Positions 49,699 to 62,000 of a DNA stretch of 64,000 bases are shown piece after piece. The position numbers were made by a program, and so were the translations under genes. Positions within the stretch are counted from its first letter, which is position 1, and each line of letters starts with the position of its first letter. Source of the DNA: Amoebophrya sp. A120 (taxonomy: Eukaryota; Protista; Dinoflagellata); contig CAJINV010000023.1 of the NCBI GenBank assembly GCA_905178155.1, positions 455,610 through 519,609 of the forward strand. The letters run 5' to 3'. Below the pieces are notes generated by a model, which was given only the letters and a program-made list of their open reading frames with translations, made no database searches and was not told the origin of the DNA.

Positions 49699-52600
49699 AT
49701 GCGGACGATTCACGTGGTATCGTGAGAAAAAAGTGGTACAGTTACACACTTGTTGTCAATTCAGCAACACAAATTTTTTCTGCATGCGAGGGAAAACTTG
49801 CAATGCACAGACCATATAGGCAAAACACATATGAAGAAATGAAGCTCGAAATTTATTTTTGGCATGACAGAGGTTGTCTGTCATGCTTGGCCTGCATTTT
49901 TAGACTACGTGTGTAACTGGAACACTTTTATCTCAGGATACGTAGCACTCTGCGGCTACTACATCCTGGAGCACGCGGTGTCGCTTATTTTACTGCGGCT
50001 GAGTATGCAAGAAAATAAAAACTGTGTAAGTCTGTGATGCAGAAAATGCAACACAGTTACACTTGTCATGCTCGACATGCATGATCGGCTCGCTTCCTAT
50101 GTTGTTTCCCTTCCTATCTGCGCATCACAAGTTTTTGTTCCTGTCATGGCAGACAAACTTCTTGTGATGCTGTTTTCCCAAAAGACTAACACTAACACGA
50201 CAGTTGTTTTCTTGCATACTGGGCGTGAAGGAGAAAAAAGTCGCGGTGCAGAGTGTGGTCTTGTACCAGGAGATCTATCCTGAGTAAAAACGTCCCCACA
50301 CCAGAGTCAAGATCGGGATTTTGCAACACAAACCTTGAAGTTTTGGGAGCCACGCATGACAAATTGCAGGCTGTATTGTAGTGCAGTTTAGCAAGGGAAG
50401 TCGCATTACAAATCCATCTGCTTATCCTGTTTACAGCATTACAAGTTCCAAAACACGATCGGGAATGCCTATCATGGGGATGCGCATTACAAATGCACTT
50501 GCGCTTGCGGATCTGCATGACAACTCTGGGGTGGGGACGTTTTTCAATACGATAAGATCTTCAAGGTAATCATCTGTGCCGCCGTCCTTGTCGGGCGCGC
50601 AGTTTTTTCCACCAGTCAGGACGCGCGACGCGCTCCAAGTATCATCTTCTCCCGTGCGGTGGACTTTTTGCCCCCGTTTTTGTATGCGGTGCAGAACAAC
50701 ATGGGCGTTTTCCTGCTCCTTTTCATTGACCCCGCCACCTTCCTAATCGGGATGCAGCAAAAAACCATCTGGGCGGCCATTTTCTCGTACTGCATTCTCA
50801 GTCGCGCGCAAACCAGGCGGCAGTGGGTCGCGCTCCTGCTCATGTACGTTGGCGTAATTGTCGTTCAGCTTCCCCAGATTCAGTCACTCAATGGAGGCAG
50901 CAGCAATAGCAATAACACCAACAAGGCACAACTACCACCAGCATCATCCTCTTCTTAACAAGTGCAAATATGTCTGGGTCTGGAAACTACTTGTGGTCCA
51001 TGTCAGTGAACAGAACGCGCACTGCAATGCACCGCCAAGCATGACAGATTTTCTCGTGGCTCTGTGTTGCGTATTCCGCATGAGAAACATCGTTTTTGCA
51101 TAATAGAGAAGAGGAGGTCTTCGTGGCCACGCAACACAGAGCTCAGAGCCATGCCAAACTAGCATGAGAAATCTCGCAATTTTCCAGACATCCAGGAATA
51201 TTTGCAATGCATACTTCTTCCTCGTCTGCAACGTATCGTGAGGAAAAATCGCCCCTCCCCATATCGAGACGAAGTTTCTGATGCTGGATTTCCGTACACA
51301 AATGCGCACTGTCTTGCAGTAAGGCATCGCAGCCAGATCCGCAGCGTAGGTACTGGGGGCGCTTGGGTGTAGGTGTTTAGCATTACAAATGGCTGCTCCC
51401 TAGGCCCAACAGCATGCCAAATCGCTTCCATAATGGTGCGGAAGCCTCTGCGCTTGTCTTCTTGCAAGACAGACGTGATTTGTGGCCTCAAATCAGCAAC
51501 AGAAAGGCACCGCTTCGATATGGGGAGGGGGGATTTTTCCTCTCAATACAACGCCAACAACAACTACAAGTGCGGGAGAAATCACCGTCGCTGCAGAGGT
51601 GCTGTGCTTCGCGTATCAAAAGGAAAAATCCCCCCTCCCCATATCGAAACGAGGTTTCTGATGCTGGATTTCCGTACACAAATCAGATTTGTCTTGCAGT
51701 AGAGGACTGCAGGCATATGTCAAGCCCCAGTCGAGAGGTTTTGACGTAGGCGCGCCTAGCATGACAACCGTGTATGCTCTAAGCCCAACAGCATCACAAA
51801 CCACCTGCAAAACGCGGAGCGCTTTCTGGACTTGCCTTCTTGCAAGACAGACAGGATTTGAGGTCACAAATGCGCATCACAAATTTTCAGACGGATACGT
51901 TTTCGATATGGGGAGCGGGGATTCTTCCCCGGGATATCGCGGGCTTGTTCCTCACGTCCCTCGCGAACGGTCTCGCGGGCGTGTGCACTGAGAAGCTGCT
52001 CGTCGACCGCACGGTGTCCTACTGGGACAGGAACCTGAATTTTGCGGTAAGTAGCGTGATTCTGTGCGAAGTTGTATCAAAAGGAAAAATCCCCCCTCCC
52101 CATATCAAAACGAGGTTTCTGATGCCGGATTTGCATACACAAATCAGATTTGTGTTGCTGGAGAGGTCTGCAGGCCCCTATCGAGCCTGAGGAGAGAGGT
52201 TTTTGCCTAGACGCTTAGCATGAAAAACGTCCGCTCTGTAGGCCCAACAGCATGACAAACCGCCCGGATGAAGCGGCGGCGCCTGTGGCGTTGCCTTCTT
52301 GCAAGACAGATGCGATTTGTGGTCACAAATCAGCAACACAAATTCCCGAAAACGCACCTCGTCAATATGGGGAGGAGCGGTTTTTCCTTACGATAAGTTG
52401 GCGTGGTGCTCAAGCTCGTGCTTGGGAGCTACGCAAAATCTACCAAGTGCAAAAATGTCTGGGTCTGGAAGAATGCAACTTGTGATGCTGCATTTGGATT
52501 CCAAGAAAATCTGTATTGCATGAGTACCAAAGGGAATGCAGTTTTTGCTACGCTGAGAAGGCATTTGTCATGCGGAATAGGCATCAAGAAGCCTTCAAAA

Positions 52601-55600
52601 AATCTGTATTGCTAGGGTATGCATCACAGACATCATGGCTCATGCAAAACGTGCATGACAAGTGTCAGAATCTTCCAGACCCAGACATTTTTACAGTTGA
52701 TAAAATCCGCGCCGGCGCCTTCGCTTTCGGAAATCGGCAAGCAAGTGCTCCTGCCTAGCACGGAAGGGTTCCCCTGGTACCTACTACGATGAAAAATGCC
52801 CCGTCCCCATATCAAAACGGAAATCTGTGATGCAGATTTGTGGTCACAAATCAGCTTTGTAATGCTAGAAGGCAAAAGATGCGGACTGCAGTGCTGCCAC
52901 CTAGCGTGGGAAATCCTTGCTGCTCCAGCATGACAGGAGGCAACTGGAAGTGGGAAACAGCATGACAGATTGCCTGCAATTCAGGCCGCAGCTGCGTCGC
53001 TTGGCCTTCTAGCAATACAAGTCGATTTGTGTACTCAAGTACAGCATCACAAATTTCCTTTCCGATATGGGGTGGGGGCTTTTTTCACATTGATAGTGCC
53101 TCTGGCTTTCCATCCTGCTGCAGGCAAGCGGAGGGATTTGTTGCGGCCTCATCATTCGCGAGTTCAACATCGTGCAAAAGGACTTCATGAACGCCATCTC
53201 GCTCATCCTCACGGTTCTCATCACCTATCAAAAGGAAAAATCCCCCCTCCCCATATCAAAACGAAATTTGTGATGCTGGATTTGAGTACACAAATCAGGT
53301 TTGTCTTGTAGTAGAGCACTGCAGGCACATACGAAGCCCGAGCAAGGAGGTTTTGACATAGGCGCCCAGCATGGCAAACGTCTACGCTGTAGGACCAACA
53401 GCATCACAAACCGCCTGCATTATGCGGCGGAGCCTGTGGAGTTGCCTTCTTGCAAGACAGAGCCGATTTGTGGTCACAAATCAGCATTGCAAATTTTCTG
53501 AGGCGTGTCTTTTCGATATGGGGAGGGAACATTTTCCCTCACGATATCACCGGCATCGTGTTCCGCGACGAGATCCACTGGCTGGTGCCGTATGAACTGC
53601 AAAAGTATCGTACTTTTGTATACATTGCATTACAAATTGACTTAGCATTACAAATTAAATTTGTGATGCGGATTTGCCTATAACAAAAAGATTTGTAATG
53701 CACAAACGCGATTAGTACGTGACTGCGATACTTTTGCAGTTCATATGCCGGTGGGCGCGGTGATTGTCACCCTCGCCACGTTATGGATTGCACATATCCC
53801 TGGATGTCGGGAAGATTGCAGCTTGTGATCTGCATTTGGAAGATTCTAAAAAAAAGTGTATTGCATGAGCAGCAAGAGGAATCAGATTTTTGCTAGTACG
53901 CGGACAGGGCATTTGTCATGCGGGATAGGCAACATCAAGAAGCCCTCAGTAGAATATTTATATTTGTGATGCTAGCACAGACAATAAACTTGCATTCTTC
54001 CAGACCCAGATCGATATTTGCAGTTGATGCACATGTCTGTACAAGAGCACAAGGCCTATTCATCTCGGATCCCTCTGCAGCTGCAGCCGGGGCGGCCTCG
54101 GGGAGAACAAAGAACGACAAGGTTTCTACTACTTGCTGCCGACCTTCCAGCTCGGCCTTTGCGTAGCTTTTCTGAGCGCCGTGGCGGCGATAAAATTTGC
54201 TGGCATTTTTGAAACCAGCAGCGTCGCCGTGTTAGGATCTACTTCTTCATCTTCATCGCAACATCTGTCGTATAATAATGGGGGCAAAAGTAGTGTTGCT
54301 GATCCTCTGGCAGCAAGGCTGGTGGTATATCACCCCAGAATTATCAAAGTGCAAAAAGCCCCCACGACCCCATAGTACTCAAAAGACAATTTGTGTATGC
54401 TGGATTTGTTTAAACACAAACGAACTCTGTATTGCAGCAAGAGCCTGTCTGCATATTCTAAGCCCATTTGGGTACTACTACGCCTCCGGCTAGCAGCTGA
54501 GCATGAGAAACAAGTCTTTGACATAGGCGAAACGCATGACAGACTCGCTGCACAATGCGCCACATGGGTGCTGTTTGCCTGGTACGCAAGACAGAGCTGA
54601 TTTGCGGCCACAAATCAGCATCGCAAATTTCCTTTTCGATATGGGCAGTAGGGGGGATTTTTCCTGACGATAAGAATCAAGAACTCGCAAGTGGTCAACA
54701 GAAGGACAGCTGCATTGATGACAGAGACAGCAGTATGCAAGGAAAAAACTGCGTAAGCGTAACTTTGTCTTGCAGATGTTGCAATACAGTCACGCTTGTC
54801 ATGCTGAACATGCATCAGAGGCTATTTTCCTACGTGTTTTCGCGTACTAGCTACGCATGGCAGGTTTTCTCTGTCGTGCAAAACAAATCTGTGATGCTGT
54901 TCCTGCAAAAAAGTTACACTTACACATTTTTTTTCTTGGATAAGCAGGCAGCTCGGGCGGGGGCATCAACATCAACAACGAAGAGGCTATCAACTGCAAA
55001 AGCGTCTGGGTCTGGAAGGCTGCAACTTGTAATGCTAGCTCTCCATACCTAGGAAATCTGTATTGCATAACCAACAAAAGTCGCAGCCTCTTTTGCACAG
55101 GCAGAAACGCAGTTTCTCATGCGGATTTCCTACGAGAAAGCGTTCTCAAAAGTTGTCATGCTGTGATGCATTTGGAACTGGTTTCCAGACCCAGACATTT
55201 TTGCAATTCATAGAGGCAGCACGCGGACAACTAGTCGCACGACTAGTAGACTCTTTATCAAATGTAAAAATGTCTGGGTCTGGAAGGATGTAACTTGTGA
55301 TGCTGCGTTTGGATTCCAAAAACATCTGTATTGCATGAGTACCAAAGGGAATGCAGTTTTTGCTACGCTGAGAAGGCATTTGTCATGCGGAATAGGCATC
55401 AAGAAGCCCTCAAAAAATCTGTATTGCTAGGGTATGCATCACAGACATCATGGCTCATGCAAAATGTGCATGACAAGTTTCAGAATCTTCCAGATTCAGA
55501 CATTTTTACAGTTGATACTCTTCCCCACATCATGACCACCTTCATCAAGGGGGCCATAGTATCTTCGAAGTGAAAGACCAGTACGACACGGCAGGACGGT

Positions 55601-55671
55601 CCAGCGTTGTTGACCAGACAGCCCACACTACAGCGCTGATGACGCAGCTTCTGCTCCTAGCAAATAACTAA
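49699..55671 (+). CDS. Second SLC35A-family nucleotide-sugar transporter, 16 introners
   Basis: MRTIHVAL.., SVVLYQEIFK, PPFLYAVQNN, IDPATF..QQKTIWAAIFS..L.R..TRRQWVALLL, NGLAGVCTEKLL, SYWDRN, ILLQASGGICCGLIIREFNIVQKDF; extended C-tail; TAA 55669-55671. Confidence 0.82.
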
Positions 55672-56035
55672 GAAGTTCTTGTCTAGGTGGTTTCTACGAT
55701 TTACTTTACACTGACAGGAAAATTCATTTTTTCTGTGTTCGACCTTCAACGATTTAGGATTTACAAACATATGCATATGCATCCCAGGGCCAGGAGATCG
55801 TGATGATCGATGGAGATCTGCATATAATACTCAGTACAGGATATAATTACAGCTGATTCTGATCAGCACCTATAGATGGTTTATATCGTTCAAAAAAAAC
55901 TCCAAAGCTTTAGTTTCTTTCTCGTAAAAATATCCGTGGTTGATTTGCTTGCTCAGCAACATCCTTGGTATAGTACTACTTTTTGCCAAAAGTAGTAGTA
56001 AAGAGCTGCCTGCTTCAAAACGCATCTGGTCGTGC

Positions 56036-59000
56036 CTCCAGAACGAGATATTTATTTCAGTGTGATGTCGTGAGGTGAGTATAAGACAAAGGCCATCGCC
56101 CTGACTCCCTGTCAAGGGTAGACACCAATCAAAAGAAAATCACCGGCCGTGCCGCAGCGGACCCGCAGACATCCCGGCTAAATAGTAAGGGGCATTGCCT
56201 AGGCGTGCCGCGAGCCCCCGGCCCAGCACGGCGCGCCTGCTTCCGCGGCGCCGGCGCCATTTTTTTGCGCTGCCCCGGAAGCTAATCTCGGCACACTTTT
56301 GTCCGCTTTTTTTTCTTTTGAAAAGTGCGGCCCGCGCTGCCACTTTTGCTGCCACAATTAGCTGCCACAAATTTCAAAAACGCCCACTTTTGCTCCGGAA
56401 AAAAATGCCCAGAAATTGCGCCACAATTTGCTGCCACAATTCGACCACGCAAAAACGCTCCTGATTTCCTGTACAAAAATTGTGGCAGGTTGGGCGCAGC
56501 GATTTGTGGCAATATTTGTGGGCATTTTTTTTGCGCCGGGGGACGATGAAAAAGATGGTCGCGTGGGCGGTTTCTGGAAGCCCGAAAATGCTCATTTGTG
56601 GAACTACTGAAAAGCGTGCGAAACGGGTTGCGTGCCTCCCTTCCCACTCCCGTCTCCACAGCTACGGTCTGCGTGGAGGACTGGCCGATACTCACGGCGG
56701 GCGAGGCAGACAGGGCATTTTGATTTTTCTTCGAAGTACACATGCAGTCCAAAGCCTGCCAACCCGGTGCCAGGAGACAGCGCAGCGGCTGTCATGGCAC
56801 AGGGAACACACGACAGGCCGCCAAAAGTCAACAAAACCAGGCGGGCAAGCTCGTCTTCATATCTGCCAGTAGCGCTAGCAGTGGGCTTCACCCTTTTGGG
56901 CCGGCCTTCTTCTTCTTTTTTCTACAGGTGCTCTCCCGTTTATGCACAACTTTTGTTATTCTTTCGCGCCGCCCCACCTCGCTTCCATCGCCATGGCTGC
57001 TAATGCTCTCAGACACATCGATGGAGAAAGCAACAGCAGCGCATGGGCAGGGAGTACGTCTCTCCTACTTCTCGCTTCCTCGGACTCGGAATCGCGAAAC
57101 GGTATCTCAGGGAAAGCCAAAAATACGGGCTGCCAAAATGTGTGGCGCGTATTCTACACCCCTTGATCGAAGTTCTAAAATGTGGGCATTTTTTTGGACA
57201 AAAATCTGTGAGCGATATGGCCCGGGACCATCCATATGACTCCAGAACGACATATTTATTTCAGTGTGATGTCGTGAAGTGAGTATAAGATTTTACGGTA
57301 CTTCAAAGGCATACAAGCGGGCAAGCGCAAAAGAGATCTGCATAGGCGTAGAGATACAGCTTAGTACTTAGCTAGCTACCCGAAAGCCAGGAGAAAAGTG
57401 TCCTCAGGAGCAGCCGCGGTCATGGATTCAGTCCTTGGCACTGTGGCCTCATGGTACAGGACACGCAAGGCCTTGGCCGCGACTTTGGTGTATGGGCAGG
57501 GCCTTCGGGATAAGTCAGCGACATTCTGACGGGTTCGCCTAGAAGCGGCAGTCTGAAACGCGCGCCGCCTCGGGACATGTCCCGCCCTGGCTTTGGAAGT
57601 GCCCCAAGCGGCAAATACAGAGTACGCGGACACCTTCAGCGCCCTTGAATTTATTCCCCGCCCGGCTCTGCAAGTCTCCGTCTTGGCCGAGTTCACACTT
57701 CTGTTTCGTGTTATTATTGCCGGCACCTTGGGGCCATGTTTCTTTTTGAATTCCATCGCCCCCGCCAATTTCTTTTTGAATTCCGTTCCGGCCGCCAATT
57801 TCTTTTTGAAATTGCTTAGGCCAGCCAATTTCCTTTTGAAATTGGGCACTCTGCGAGATCGCTCTGGTATTGGTGTGGTCTGTGGCGTGGCGTATTTGAT
57901 GTTAGGCACCAGGAAGGCCCGATCAATCGAGAGGCGAGGTTGCATCTGGGCCACCTTTCGGCCGCCTCGGGAATGGAATTGTGTTGGCCCCATGCGTGGT
58001 GGCTTTGGGCGGATGTGGTGTCTGTCAGCTGGATTTTCGAAGGGCCCTGGCGGTTCAATCTTGAGCCGCCATGCCATGGCCCAGAGCTTGTGGCCGTGCT
58101 AATTCCAAGCCAAACACCCTCCCAAACTAATGAGACGCATTTAAGTGGTGGCGTTGCGTTTTTCAAGCGAAATGCTCCGTGTAAGTACATGGCATAGGGC
58201 TTGCGAATGGTCCACAACCGGGGCGCGTCGATATTTATTTCAGTGTGATGTCGTGAGGTGAGTATAAGAAGAGTCATGTCAATATCTGGTGTTCCACCTG
58301 TGCGGCCCTCCAGTAATTTTGTAATTCGCGAAACAACCATCCACGCAACATGCGCCAAAATCCAGCCCCTAGGCGCCAGCGCCCTGGACTCTCCTAGTGT
58401 GGCTCAGGGCGATGGGGCGCAGGCGGGTGGTGTGGCTAGAAGCGTTGGAACACACGCAGGCGGCTGGCTTGGCCATGGGAGCTCGCAGAGCGAACAGCCC
58501 CACAGCTCGCGCCCAGATCCAGCCGCCTGCATTTCAGCGCCCACCTTTGGCCCTTCTGGCGAGGCTCAGAGCACTAGAACATAGGCGGAAGGTTTGGCCA
58601 CGGGGGCTCGCAGAGTGAGCGAACATCTGCGCCCCTTGCGCTCAAATTAGTTCGGCCGCCTAAACTCCGGCGCCCGCTCTGGACTCTCCAGGCAAGACTT
58701 GGCTTGCCAGAGCGACCTCGCTCGCAAAGAGAGCATCTGCGCCACTTGCGCCCCGATCGATGTCGCCGACTACACTCCAACGCCGCTGATTCTTCTCGCG
58801 CCGCCCGGGGCGTTGGAATGTAGGCGGCTGGGCTGGCCACGAAAACGCCCGCGCTCTGCGAGCGTCTGCGCGCCTTGCGCCGAAATCCAGCCGACTGCGC
58901 CCCAGCGCTCTGTCGGCCCCTATGGTGGAAGCCGTCTCGAAGGCCAAGGAAGGCGCCGAGCCCGGGGGAAGGCAGAGGCGCGAAGAAGTAAGCGCGCCGC

Positions 59001-62000
59001 GTAGCGCGACGGAAAGAACCTGAGCAGCCCCGCCCGCCTTCAAACTAAAGCGGCTCCGCCCGCCTTCGGAAAAAATAAAAAGCGAAACAAAAGCGGCGCC
59101 GCCCGCACCAAAAACCGAAACAAACCATAACGGCTCGGCCCGCATCGGAACACGAAGGAGCGAAACCACAGCGGCGCCGCCCGCATTTGAAACCCACCGT
59201 AACGGCCCCGCCCACAAAAAGCAAAAGCCTTGGCTTGTTTGGCCGAGGGCGCAACCCACCGAAGGACGCAACGCCGTCGCTGTTTCGGGTTCTATCGTTG
59301 TTTCGCCTCCACGCAAGTGAGAGAGGCGCACTGCCATCATAAAGGAAGACCAGTACTGCCATCGTAAAGGAAGCTGCCTCAGCGCCGCACGCTCGACGGC
59401 GTCCGCTCGAGGCCCCCCAAAGGCCCCCCGAAGGCCCCCCGGAGGCCTCTGAACGCCCCCCGGCCGAAGGCCCCCCAAAGGCCTCGAAAGGCCCCCCGAA
59501 GGCCCCCCAAAGGCCCCCCGAATGGGTGTCCGAGAGAAAGCTGAAATTTAGTACAACTTTTCGGGGGCATCGGAACCCCGAAGGGGGTTCAATGACCACC
59601 CGAAGGGGGTCGCGCAAGGGGGGCCATCGGGGGGCCTTTGGGGGGCCTTCGGGGGGCCTCGGTTTTCGAAGGGGTAGTTCAGGGCAGCCAAGGGGGGTCA
59701 ATGAACCTCCTTCGGGGGGCCTTCGACCCCTCAACGCCCTAAATGATCATTAATAATACTTAATCTGGTGTTCCACCTGTGCGGCCCTCCAGTAATTTTG
59801 TTCTCATCTGGTGCCTTGTGGCTGGCGTAAGCCTGCTTTTCATTTTGATTCGCATGCTTTTTTCAATGTTGCTTCGCCGTCGCAGATGAAGATCCGGGGA
59901 ATCTGATAAGATGTGATGTCGGGAGTGAGGAACTAGCTTAGGCTCCTATGTGAACTAGTAGTTAAGGCGATGCTTCAATGAGGCTCCTGAAGGCTCCGCG
60001 GAAGAGAGCCAGGCCTGCCCACTGCTGCCGCCGTTAAACTGCCCACATTTGGTGCCTTATGGCTGACGTAATGCTGCCGGGGCCCCGGGCGGGGCCCTGA
60101 CATCTTGGTAGCGTGTTGAAGGGGCTCTGAAGTAAAATTGCCTTTTTTTGTCATGGAAAGTCCATCGTAGCATGCGGGCGCTTGGAGCTCTATTGAGAAA
60201 CTCAGATCAACGATTCAAGAGGTGGCCGAAACCTCTCCAGGAAGACGCCAAAAAAGCCCCCCTCTTTTCTACAGCATAGCATCGGCGAAAGCAAATCAGG
60301 GGGCCCTCTCTGGAGACCCCACCTTCCTACCTCACTCCTTATTTAGCTGGTTCAAATTGGAGTCTAGTTTAGACCACCGAAACACATTCCAAAAAGAGGC
60401 AGCCTGTATCGCTGTGTCGCAGTGCTGGAATGGGCGTCGTTTCTGCGTCACCTTTTTGAGGGCAGCATTACGCCAGCCAGAAGGGGTCGCCAAATGCCGC
60501 TTCCAGCCATGGCTCTGCGATGGAAAAGCGCCACCATACTAGCGGTCTACCGCCGCCTTCCTACCTTCCTCCTTATCTAGCTAGTTCACATTGGAGCCTA
60601 TTTTAGATCACCAAAACACATTCCAAAAAGAGGCAACCTGTGCCGCCGCGTCGCAATGCTGGAATGGGCGTCGTTTTTGCGTCACCTTTTTGAGGCTATA
60701 CCGGCTTCTTTCAAAATACAAAAGCTGATTTTTGAATCGAAATTGAATTAATCAAGTAATTTGTCTCATAGTGTTCCACCTGTGCGGCCCTCCAGTAATT
60801 TTGTTCTTGCGTGTTTCGGTTCAATAGAGAATTTTTGGTCCATTTTTTCGCCCTTATAGATTATAGGGGCTTCCTTAAAAAATGATTAGTAGGGAGATCA
60901 CTTTCTAGAAGCTTCCTCTAAGTGAGCACTTAGAGGAAGCGTCTAGGGGAAACTTCTAAGGGAGCACGTAAAACAAAAAGACTGGCACGGTGGGGACCAA
61001 ACATCCCGCGGGTGTGTCTTCCTCGCGGGCGGCCCGGCCGGTGTTTAGCAGCCCTATTCTGGCTACCCCCATACCCCGGCCCCGTTTGGGGGGGCTGGGG
61101 GGGCCGATGAAACAAACCCGGCAAACCGAAACGGGCGGCCGTTCCCACTATTGCCGAGCGAGAACCACCAAAAAGGCAAGGGCGCAACGCCCTATTCGTC
61201 TGGGGATATATCAATCTGGAAAGGTGCTCCGAAAATGCTCCGAAGATGCGCCGAAGAGAGCGACTGGCTCGCTCGCATTGTGGGGGCCAGAAATGCTGCA
61301 AGCGCGCCCGCCTCGTGGGCAGGAAATAGCACAGCAATAGCGGTCTTTTTGGCTCCGATTTGTTTCTTTCCCTAGATTCGAGGGCGGTCCATAGGTGTTG
61401 GGTAGTAAGGGGGGCCGGTCTAGAAGTTTTTTTTTGGTACGGAGCGGCCCCACCAGGCGAGTTTCTTTTTAGAATGAAGGGGCCGGCGAATCGGCAGGGG
61501 AGGCGCTGCGGGAGGTCCTACCTAGAAATGAGACAGCCCACAAGAGGGCAATCAGGCCAAGGCCCGCGGCCGGGTCGGTGGGGGCGAGCTAGAAGCTTAG
61601 CTCAGGGAAGGAAAGAAGGCGCGCCATCTAATGTGGGCCGCTACTAGGGAAGGGCGTTGCGGTTACTAGCAAGCGCGGTCCGGTTTTCCATGCTAAAACC
61701 GCCCGCGGGGTTTCTAATAGTGGCCGCGCTTGCGCTAGGTAGCAGATTCCCAATGGTAAGAGTCTTCCGCCTAGCCGGCACCCCCACGCTTGCCAAGTTT
61801 TGTCCTGGGTGTTTACGTCTAGATTTACTAGACGACCTATCGCCGGCGTCCTGGACGCCGGCGTAGTAGTCTAGTGTCAATATCTGGTGTTCCACTTATG
61901 CGGCCCTCCAGTAATTTTGTTGCGTGTTTCGGTTTAAAAATATTTTTGTCGTACAGTGTCTCTCCCTGTCTGGGAAGATGATGATCGGGTCGAAATTTAC

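Noticed and set aside
117-55517. Numerous ORF-track proteins sharing KMSGSGR, FQTQTFLHLI, KCKNVWVWK, YGEGGFF or KNPPSPY as a repeat-protein family
   Set aside because: These are translations of introner TIRs in different frames and strands, not genes.
117-55517. CRISPR array (recurring ~30-bp repeats separated by ~30-60-bp unique sequences)
   Set aside because: The repeats are inverted ends of 150-350-bp elements, the unique parts are exons that join into proteins, and no cas genes are seen.
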